Origin: Octopus vulgaris
Taxonomy: Eukaryota
DNA: 64,000 nucleotides
Assembly: GCA_951406725.2 (NCBI GenBank)
Contig: OX597822.1
Coordinates: 36,952,001-37,016,000 of the forward strand
Direction of reading: 5' to 3'
The position numbers and the translations under genes were made by a program. The first letter of the stretch is position 1. Every line of letters begins with the position of its first letter. Shown piece by piece: positions 61,301-64,000 of the stretch. The notes beneath the pieces were generated by a model. It worked only from the letters and a program-made list of their open reading frames with translations. It was not told where the DNA came from and searched no databases.

Positions 61301-63852
61301 ACATAAATTGTGACTATGGTTTGATGGAAGATTTTAATTCAGAACTTTTGAAAACATGACATTAGTACTACAGAGCCAGAGGTGGTTTTAGCTAGGTTGG
61401 TATCAAAAGGGTTAAATGAAAGTAGATAACATCTACATAGTCACTTGACTGCTAGAAAGAGCAACCAAATCACAATGTCTTTAAAACAATGATGAGCCCA
61501 TTCAGTAATATAGCTTTAGTGGTAAGAAACCCTCAAGAGAGCTGATTTCAGAGGAGAAACACTCTTCAGGCAAGTGTTTCCACCTTTAACTTCTTACACT
61601 CTTGAGAGGGCTGGGCCACCTACAGGTCATGACTTCTGGGTGCCCTTCTGCCAACACTTTTCAGCCAAAACCATCTGGAGATTTCATATAGTTCTAGCTC
61701 CTCTCTGTTGACTCAACTTATAAACTTATATGGTTGTCATGGTAGCAGTGAAGCATCAATGCTATCACAATGACTCACACATACGACGCTACTGTGAGAA
61801 CCAATATACCCTTTAAGATAAACAAGAATGGTCATAGTGAGAACACTCTGACACATGTCTGCCCAATGAGCACTGACCTGGAGCTAAACAATAATGCAGG
61901 TGGGGAAGATGTAGAGAGATCAGTTATTGCTATATCCTAACTCTGCCACCACCACCACCACCATCATCATCATCACTACCACCAATAATAGATAAAAAAA
62001 AAAAGATAGTCATTTCAATTGAAGTTCTTCTGTAAAGTCAATTCTTTTCAGCTCCAGATTAATGTAGCAGCGTGGCCCAGCTGTTAGGGTTTTCTACCCA
62101 TAATTGCTAAGTCATGGTTTCGATTCTTGGACTAAGCAGCACATCCTATTCTTGAGCACTTCATTTCACATTGCTCTGGTTCACTCAGTTGTACTTGTTC
62201 ATGGACAATGTTGTAATCTCTGTCACTTATACACTGTGGGAACTAGGTAACTGGACCAACTGATAAACACTCGCTCACCAATACTAATACACACACAACT
62301 ACCTTACAAGCAATGAAATGTACTTACTTTCTCTACTGGTAAATTAATAGGAATCTTACAATCTTGGAACTGAAGTACAACACAGGGACCAACTGTTTCT
62401 TTTTCATTATAGTTGAGCTGAAGAAGAAGAAGATAAACACAACCATAAGGAAAATAAAGAGGAAAAGCTGAAAATCCCCTTTGAAACAGACATGCACACA
62501 AACTTTATAATTTATGTTAATTTACACACAAGCAAAGAAGGTGAATCTACATTCAATAACTTATACACACACACAAGCTAATATATTTTATGCAAATTTA
62601 AACACACACACGAGCTGATGATATTTATGCTAATTTATGCTAAACTTGTATGCACAAGAAATATGATTTATGCTAAACACATACACATGCTATTATAATT
62701 TATGCTAAACTTACTTGCTGAGGCTCTCTAACCATTTTTCGGTTACCTCCACCAAACTTTCCCAGAAGGCGGAAGGCAACAAGAGCAATGCTGTCTGATG
62801 GATTTCTTAAAGTACGCCACAATGCCTAGAGAAAAAAAGGGAAACAAAATTATACAATCCGGCCAAACAAGACTTGAACTGCTGACTTCCCAGCTTCATG
62901 TCTAATTCCCTTCCTCATCCTTTACATGACACAGGATATATTCATCATCATCACCATCAATATTATCATCATTTTACATTCACCTTTCCATGTTTGCATG
63001 AGTCAAACGGAAGTTGTTGAGGCAGATTTTCTACAGACTGATGCCCTTCTTGTAACCAACCCTCATCTGTTTCCAAGTAAGGTAATATTTATTTCTCCAT
63101 GACCAGACATGTTTTCATGGAAGACTGGAAACAAGGGATACCGCTTGCACAATGATCACACTCGTTTACAACTATCACATGAAGCCAAGACAAGGTGGCA
63201 GTAACACACACATATATTTATATGACAAGCTTTGCTCAGTTTCCAAATCCACCCACAAGGCTTTGGTCAGCTCGTCTATAGTGGAAGATACTTGCCGAAA
63301 GTGCCATGCAGTGGGACTGAACTTGAAACCATGTGGCTGGGAAGTAAATTTCTTACCACACAGCCACATGTGCACCTATTAAGGTTGATAAAAATGTATT
63401 GATCCAGGGCAGTGGACTGGTGAAATTGAAATGTTGGACAGAATCCCTTGTGGTATCTGATTCTATACATTTTCAGTTCAAATCCCACAATAATAAAAGA
63501 AAATGATGGCACTTGTGTCAGGTATTGTAATATCAATAGTCTGAAAAACCAATGGAAACACAGCCTCTTGGGTTTGATTGGAACATCAGCTGCTGCCATC
63601 ACCAATACCGCAACCAGTACCACTGACCATGAAACTAACTCCATTCATCTTCTATAAAAAGACAAAAATAATCAATGAAAGCCACACCATAATGCCATCT
63701 CTAATAGAGTTATCAAGATGTGATGCAGCATGGGAAAGTAAAAGAAATATCTAGAATCTGACCTGCATCAATTCAGCACGGACTGGTTGAATATGTTCAT
63801 ATAGAAATTCTGGCTGTAAGTTGTCAACACACAACTCCAATGTACGAAGACC
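674..63852 (-). CDS. TRRAP: Transformation/transcription domain-associated protein (TRRAP/Tra1), partial multi-exon gene, 51 exons in window, HEAT repeats into FAT domain
   Basis: Spliced translation gives recognisable TRRAP peptides (GLRTLELCVDNLQPEFLYEHIQPVRAELMQALWRTLRNP; KLRRLMTFAWP; HLLLAHIIAKFAIHKRIVLQVFHSLLKAHAVEAR; AYEQHGFFEQAQ; IHTIPTVPIVDCFQKIRQQIKCYLQ). All junctions are GT-AG and phase-compatible. Total 6504 nt, open. Confidence 0.97.
923..1151 (+). mobile_element. tRNA-derived SINE, family A (core resembles Deu/Nin domain)
   Basis: A/B-box-like TGGCAGAAACGTT..GAGTTCAAATT; core GCCTTTCATCCTTTCGGGGTC; TSD GGTATTAAAG at 913-922 and 1152-1161. Confidence 0.85.
1559..2024 (+). mobile_element. 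TTAA piggyBac-type MITE family 1, interrupted by a (TGA)n-tailed retroposon (~1668-1907)
   Basis: TTAA|CCCTTTAG...CTAAAGAG|TTAA; the two halves match the intact copy at 26492-26711. Confidence 0.75.
2122..2237 (-). CDS. TRRAP: TRRAP exon w50
   Basis: QHSNHSMLGVHHSALAIIHFGKIARKHNLTSVCIDSLN; cag/gtatgt. Confidence 0.95.
2974..3088 (-). CDS. TRRAP: TRRAP exon w49
   Basis: NRLPMISDNMSHWSDIFTWRQHHYQFIITNHDTHTQQE; cag/gtaaga. Confidence 0.96.
3483..3601 (-). CDS. TRRAP: TRRAP exon w48
   Basis: AAQQIMELQEAAQINQGLQPANINRSSSLHDLKAIVKTW; tag/gtgagt. Confidence 0.96.
3772..3867 (-). CDS. TRRAP: TRRAP exon w47
   Basis: IEKMVEVASNLAIKEWRRLPRIVSNVHVPLLQ; cag/gtgagg. Confidence 0.95.
4842..4946 (-). CDS. 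TRRAP: TRRAP exon w46
   Basis: VEINCPKELAWKMNLYKGYITICHPDEHTGNFMNT; tag/gtaagt. Confidence 0.94.
5120..5347 (-). CDS. TRRAP: TRRAP exon w45
   Basis: VMSKARAEH...EYRLWEDHWIRCAKELNQWD...ESAWRIPNWTLMKDALAQ; cag/gtgagg. Confidence 0.97.
6157..6438. repeat. AT-rich fold-back (arms ~6157-6278 and 6315-6438)
   Basis: GGATGTAATTACTAATTTAT...AAAAAGATGACATTT mirrored by AAATGTCATCTTTTT...ATAAATTAGTAATTACATCC. Confidence 0.85.
6533..6751 (-). mobile_element. SINE family A, full-length copy
   Basis: Reverse complement of 923-1151; 14-bp TSD CCTTGGATTATATA at 6519-6532 and 6752-6765. Confidence 0.88.
6879..7037 (-). CDS. TRRAP: TRRAP exon w44 (FAT domain)
   Basis: ETLDALCDLYSLLHEDDMWTGLWQKRCKYPDTAVAIAYEQHGFFEQAQLVYES; cag/gtaagt. 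Confidence 0.96.
8349..8495 (-). CDS. TRRAP: TRRAP exon w43
   Basis: YMGRTHNLWHRACLVLEQMASE...TNPHQ; aag acceptor/gtaaac. Confidence 0.92.
10444..10587 (-). CDS. TRRAP: TRRAP exon w42
   Basis: VLAGELAPFSASGSHVVQKDCQPSAMHTFLESLSLCVPPIPIRPVVLR; cag/gtaagt. Confidence 0.95.
10865..11038. repeat. Hairpin element / MITE-like fold-back
   Basis: ~59-bp stem 10880-10938 / 10950-11008 plus outer 16-bp inverted repeat. Confidence 0.85.
11218..11337 (-). CDS. TRRAP: TRRAP exon w41
   Basis: TTTFLNALSQLCHNSTSLAHSIWMDLFPRIWKILSEKQQQ; cag/gtaagc. Confidence 0.95.
12841..12990 (-). CDS. TRRAP: TRRAP exon w40
   Basis: EEIDMALNSVPSEESIPKD...LLQRQSLFLEQLREVK; tag/gtaaga. Confidence 0.91.
13123..13342 (+). 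mobile_element. TTAA piggyBac-type MITE family 2
   Basis: TTAA flanks, short TIRs; inverted copy at 61190-61411. Confidence 0.75.
13778..13960 (-). CDS. TRRAP: TRRAP exon w39
   Basis: LLLAVAVPNQPIQSLSPMSLLPSICSVINMADSQERAAF...NKDE; tag/gtaagg. Confidence 0.93.
14354..14442. repeat. Compound trinucleotide microsatellite (CAG/CGG/CGA/CAA)
   Basis: Visible directly. Confidence 0.95.
15093..15203 (-). CDS. TRRAP: TRRAP exon w38
   Basis: VFDKSMRRRIFDRLLYISCSQNWEHMQGHYWIKQCIE; tag/gtaagg. Confidence 0.96.
16744..16846 (-). CDS. TRRAP: TRRAP exon w37
   Basis: DESLAGSELTSKLEQAFLAGLRCNQHNIRQKFVE; cag/gtaggt. Confidence 0.95.
17074..17250. repeat. Polypurine G/A tract
   Basis: Almost only G and A on the + strand, many G runs. 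Confidence 0.9.
17290..17432 (-). CDS. TRRAP: TRRAP exon w36
   Basis: TPIAINQSPSIREKAILLCKLMVHVERRFPEDVELNAQFLELVNHIY; cag/gtagct. Confidence 0.95.
18363..18541 (-). CDS. TRRAP: TRRAP exon w35
   Basis: ASELLILSLDLVKNRVGVLSIEMRKSFI...MVEDWVKTK; cag/gtaagg. Confidence 0.96.
19404..19567 (-). CDS. TRRAP: TRRAP exon w34
   Basis: STGNSNNILFPTLMILKAACMHNPCYIDRLIALFMKVLQKMAREHL...NP; cag/gtgagt. Confidence 0.95.
21779..22011 (-). CDS. TRRAP: TRRAP exon w33
   Basis: KKDNILASFKPLQRGIAACLTCPNPKVIRAVHSLLSRLMSIFPTEP...NNYE; cag/gtaaga. Confidence 0.96.
22260..22588 (+). mobile_element. Solo-LTR-like insert splitting a family C SINE
   Basis: TSD ATTTG (22255-22259, 22589-22593); TGTTGTAT...ATACAACA inverted termini; TATAAATA box. 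Confidence 0.6.
23807..24022 (-). CDS. TRRAP: TRRAP exon w32
   Basis: VTESTTALATQGEALSRRCINLLKT...NICTALELLTFLLGIM; cag/gtaagt. Confidence 0.96.
24318..24473 (+). mobile_element. SINE family A variant
   Basis: Same head and core; 18-bp TSD AATATTACTTTGAAGATT at 24300-24317 and 24474-24491. Confidence 0.8.
24551..24724. repeat. Near-perfect ~76-bp inverted repeat
   Basis: 24551-24627 pairs with 24649-24724. Confidence 0.9.
25603..25692 (-). CDS. TRRAP: TRRAP exon w31
   Basis: SLRNQTDVNKPIDKQYCDSVVNFLLRIACQ; cag/gtaagt. Confidence 0.93.
26045..26370 (-). mobile_element. tRNA-headed SINE family B (CORE/Meta-like core)
   Basis: Reverse complement of 39870-40190; core GTGTCCTT..GCAAGGCA.TTTATTTCACATTGCTCCAGT; partial copies near 7330-7515, 15445-15600, 20530-20710, 35610-35930, 43020-43270, 62070-62240. 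Confidence 0.72.
26492..26711 (+). mobile_element. TTAA piggyBac-type MITE family 1, intact, 220 bp
   Basis: TTAA TSDs, CCCTTT...AAAGGG termini, non-coding; further copies near 21205-21329, 29722-29877, 34582-34808. Confidence 0.8.
27042..27074 (-). CDS. TRRAP: Candidate 33-nt TRRAP microexon (LEPAGPRTRNK), not counted among the 51
   Basis: cag acceptor, AAG|gtgggt donor, phase 0/0, open; falls in the variable linker between w30 and w31. Confidence 0.45.
27868..27966 (-). CDS. TRRAP: TRRAP exon w30
   Basis: HSFEHKKLAVELSEVIIKWEMQRIKDDQQLPSE; cag/gtaacc. Confidence 0.94.
29100..29199 (-). CDS. TRRAP: TRRAP exon w29
   Basis: QLVVRHYKVYYPVRHHLIQHMVSSLQRLGFTQN; cag/gtaagt. Confidence 0.95.
29960..30121. 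mobile_element. pogo/Tc1-type MITE
   Basis: TIRs CCGTATTTTAATGTGTATAA / TTATACACGTTAAAATATGG. Confidence 0.65.
30458..30531 (-). CDS. TRRAP: TRRAP exon w28
   Basis: GMLAHWTKKIIVEEGHAVPQLVHL; cag/gtaagt. Confidence 0.95.
30897..31053 (+). mobile_element. SINE family A with core deleted
   Basis: Head and tail match 923-1151; TSD TATATGAAGG at 30887-30896 and 31054-31063. Confidence 0.8.
31811..31918 (-). CDS. TRRAP: TRRAP exon w27
   Basis: VFHSLLKAHAVEARAVVRQALEILTPAFPGRMEDGN; cag/gtaagt. Confidence 0.96.
32082..32235 (-). CDS. TRRAP: TRRAP exon w26
   Basis: KQGNKLRRLMTFAWPSLLPRNCVDPANKYHGHLLLAHIIAKFAIHKRIVLQ; cag/gtaagt. Confidence 0.97.
33201..33448 (-). CDS. TRRAP: TRRAP exon w25
   Basis: ILQYIIIPCFQHAFEHGEDEALIGGPP...LLVEQASPHIHDAAN; cag/gtaagt. 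Confidence 0.96.
35047..35136 (-). CDS. TRRAP: TRRAP exon w24
   Basis: TYPVEWKRDAFFKFVDVFHLKNCPQELKAK; cag/gtttgt. Confidence 0.92.
36246..36357 (-). CDS. TRRAP: TRRAP exon w23
   Basis: HHTKEIDLLFQILRCFINRYIPQFQFVKDFLDDVVAA; cag/gttagt. Confidence 0.92.
36517..36886. repeat. Three diverged ~70-bp direct repeats with GA-rich spacers
   Basis: ACAATTTA(T/C)TAACTGAA... at about 36517, 36626 and 36810. Confidence 0.75.
37768..37835 (-). CDS. TRRAP: TRRAP exon w22
   Basis: DNLDYIHWQEPALLVRCLLTYF; cag/gtaagt. Confidence 0.9.
39165..39224 (-). CDS. TRRAP: TRRAP exon w21
   Basis: VAKLRMIWTSDSFQEKHKKI; aag acceptor/gtaagt; 60 nt. Confidence 0.87.
39836..40666 (-). mobile_element. MITE family 1 carrying two nested SINEs (~39870-40190 and 40335-40613)
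   Basis: TTAA-CCCTT and AAAGGG-TTAA ends; MITE sequence resumes after each insert; second insert has TSD CA(A/G)TGTGAATAAA. Confidence 0.78.
41628..41747 (-). CDS. TRRAP: TRRAP exon w20
   Basis: NAQDTQHAQDIKAEMQFQAIRLISLLVEMNETWLSDQVLA; cag/gtaagt. Confidence 0.9.
42094..42296. mobile_element. Tigger/pogo-type MITE
   Basis: TIRs AGTAATCCCTCG / CGAGGGATTACT with TA flanks. Confidence 0.7.
43727..43819 (-). CDS. TRRAP: TRRAP exon w19
   Basis: FIVKHKDAQVIRDVIMANPMRLVNMALKNIQ; cag/gtatct. Confidence 0.9.
43985..44104 (-). CDS. TRRAP: TRRAP exon w18
   Basis: AGSPFREPLLKFLLRFPGPTVELFLNDNTIIDQQWTRYLE; cag/gtaagt. Confidence 0.95.
44565..44684 (-). CDS. TRRAP: TRRAP exon w17
   Basis: ELKICAAIINIFHLVPTATQKIIEPLTRLIFQTEKALFME; cag/gtaagt. 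Confidence 0.94.
44956..45039 (-). CDS. TRRAP: TRRAP exon w16
   Basis: THLKKFMEVAISNQKSGQQRNNGQVLSQ; tag/gtaaga. Confidence 0.88.
45306..45476 (-). CDS. TRRAP: TRRAP exon w15
   Basis: FISGFNIDMEMVHGDMRPLLGLLGDYRNLNLNVIQRL...EQLL; cag/gtaagt. Confidence 0.95.
45703..46008 (-). mobile_element. tRNA-headed SINE family D
   Basis: Minus strand TGGCCCAGTGGTTAGG..GGTTTCGATTCC A/B boxes; body shared with 40335-40613; CpG-rich, likely young. Confidence 0.75.
46764..47688 (-). mobile_element. Internally deleted mariner transposon with transposase pseudogene
   Basis: TIRs TTGGGTCATCCCATAAATAATGC / GCATTATTTATGGGATGACACAA, TA TSDs. N-terminal HTH MEVTKEHIRSILLYEFNKG..WFQKF*TGNHSLEDEPHPGR with stops. 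C-terminal HPPYLLDIVPPDYHLF matches the mariner HPPYSPDLAPSDYHLF motif. Confidence 0.92.
47877..47998 (-). CDS. TRRAP: TRRAP exon w14
   Basis: ALAACHYIQPSREKIFHLLYKALDSSNTELQQAAHECMRK; tag/gtatgt. Confidence 0.94.
48530..48626 (-). CDS. TRRAP: TRRAP exon w13
   Basis: LLNLSNAEDSALMKMACYKNISNLVPLRKSTL; cag/gtaagt. Confidence 0.93.
49688..49774 (-). CDS. TRRAP: TRRAP exon w12
   Basis: EGSTFCTTLQPRLFTIDLLKMEHKVFFAE; tag/gtatgc. Confidence 0.94.
50083..50232 (-). CDS. TRRAP: TRRAP exon w11
   Basis: AMNALEVLAETTGKTVTDIMEPHKEVMQDMIPPKKHLLHHQPAHVQIGLM; tag/gtcagt. Confidence 0.95.
50280..50962. repeat. Nested palindromic element (inner IR 50599-50675 / 50762-50838; degenerate outer IR)
   Basis: Direct reverse-complement comparison of the arms. 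Confidence 0.8.
52189..52368 (-). CDS. TRRAP: TRRAP exon w10
   Basis: VSSGAIDLAKNNMKNMLILCA...LVRQVTSSNTLIREQ; cag/gtaaga. Confidence 0.95.
53290..53665 (-). mobile_element. tRNA-headed SINE family C (GGCTGTGTGGTAAGAAG head, TG-rich middle), representative copy
   Basis: Same head at about 2670, 11757, 18975, 20770, 22135, 23227, 27556, 33884, 35240, 46097, 56461, 59430, 63220. Confidence 0.78.
53904..54015 (-). CDS. TRRAP: TRRAP exon w9
   Basis: CQAIKVLYEHMPKKWVLQHQFVFLKALLFVMLDLTGE; cag/gtgaga. Confidence 0.95.
54880..55160 (+). pseudogene. Probable LINE (RTE-like) 3' fragment with two degenerate C2H2 fingers
   Basis: CHCGFLAQSKAGLAIHSRKH and SICQKVCQTPTSFKRHICVH; isolated, antisense to TRRAP, flanked by repeats. 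Confidence 0.5.
55390..56443. mobile_element. Palindromic mariner derivative built from two inverted 3' ends
   Basis: 55390-55643 is the reverse complement of 55702-55891 plus 56377-56443; arm encodes mariner C-terminus PSHYHLFSPMKEGLRGKHY...WNIAIERNGDYVEE. Confidence 0.88.
55892..56369 (+). mobile_element. Young 5'-truncated (TGA)n-tailed retroposon with five ~61-bp internal tandem units
   Basis: TSD ATGATAC (55885-55891, 56370-56376); tail CCAACCCATGCTAGCATGGAAAGCGG..(TGA)n; related copies near 1668, 9210, 12110, 16250, 32775, 37035, 51338, 54310, 57837, 58275. Confidence 0.85.
56645..56730 (-). CDS. TRRAP: TRRAP exon w8
   Basis: ACQLPFFEYLVERLCALCYDRAWYAKYG; cag/gtaagt. Confidence 0.95.
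57313..57488 (-). CDS. TRRAP: TRRAP exon w7
   Basis: PFPVGEKQNKLQGIDTQILVDAIAAVMGHEEKELCKPG...GSQER; tag/gtaagt. Confidence 0.94.
59010..59105 (-). CDS. TRRAP: TRRAP exon w6
   Basis: AAAIKELRNPVLSFMGCMVRHYTMVAISHQC; cag/gtaagc. Confidence 0.93.
59868..59968 (-). CDS. TRRAP: TRRAP exon w5
   Basis: FTEKEIPVHSGPLYKNPDANLRKVHEQALTGMF; cag/gtaagt. Confidence 0.92.
60640..60791 (-). CDS. TRRAP: TRRAP exon w4
   Basis: AIDTALSNLKCSTTNAFVLRQSWELIRCFLVSAMSLDDSRQSLQHLFAHN; cag/gtcagt. Confidence 0.92.
61190..61411 (-). mobile_element. TTAA piggyBac-type MITE family 2
   Basis: TTAA|CCTTTTTG...CAAAAGGG|TTAA; reverse complement of 13123-13342. Confidence 0.78.
62328..62417 (-). CDS. TRRAP: TRRAP exon w3
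   Basis: LNYNEKETVGPCVVLQFQDCKIPINLPVEK; cag/gtaagt. Confidence 0.92.
62715..62825 (-). CDS. TRRAP: TRRAP exon w2
   Basis: ALWRTLRNPSDSIALVAFRLLGKFGGGNRKMVREPQQ; tag/gtaagt. Confidence 0.95.
63763..63852 (-). CDS. TRRAP: TRRAP exon w1
   Basis: GLRTLELCVDNLQPEFLYEHIQPVRAELMQ; cag/gtcaga; 90 nt. Confidence 0.95.
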
Positions 63853-64000
63853 CTGAAATCAAAACAGTAAAAATAATTTTATGATTACATATTACAATAC
63901 ACACACACAGAGTATAGCATACAGGACAAACATTTCACAATGCTTAAACAAACACCATACATACATCAGTCTCTAGTCTAGTAGAGACTCAACAAATGTT

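Overview
AT-rich, microsatellite- and SINE-dense animal genomic DNA. The repeat complement looks like a coleoid cephalopod (Octopus-like); this is an inference. The whole window is the middle of one minus-strand gene, TRRAP (Tra1/Nipped-A orthologue, the PIKK pseudokinase scaffold of SAGA and NuA4/TIP60). I traced 51 GT-AG coding exons by hand from 63852 down to 674. They join phase-consistently into 6504 nt (2168 codons) with no stop, covering the HEAT-repeat region into the FAT domain. Start, stop and kinase-like domain lie outside the window. Introns hold several tRNA-headed SINE families, (TGA)n-tailed retroposons, TTAA piggyBac-type and pogo-type MITEs, two mariner relics, a solo-LTR-like insert and several long fold-backs. 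I found no prokaryotic-type system. The best unexplained signals are candidate cassette/poison exons (one with a CAG/TAG tandem acceptor and hairpin-covered splice sites), a palindromic mariner, multi-hairpin intronic segments and Penelope-like palindromes.
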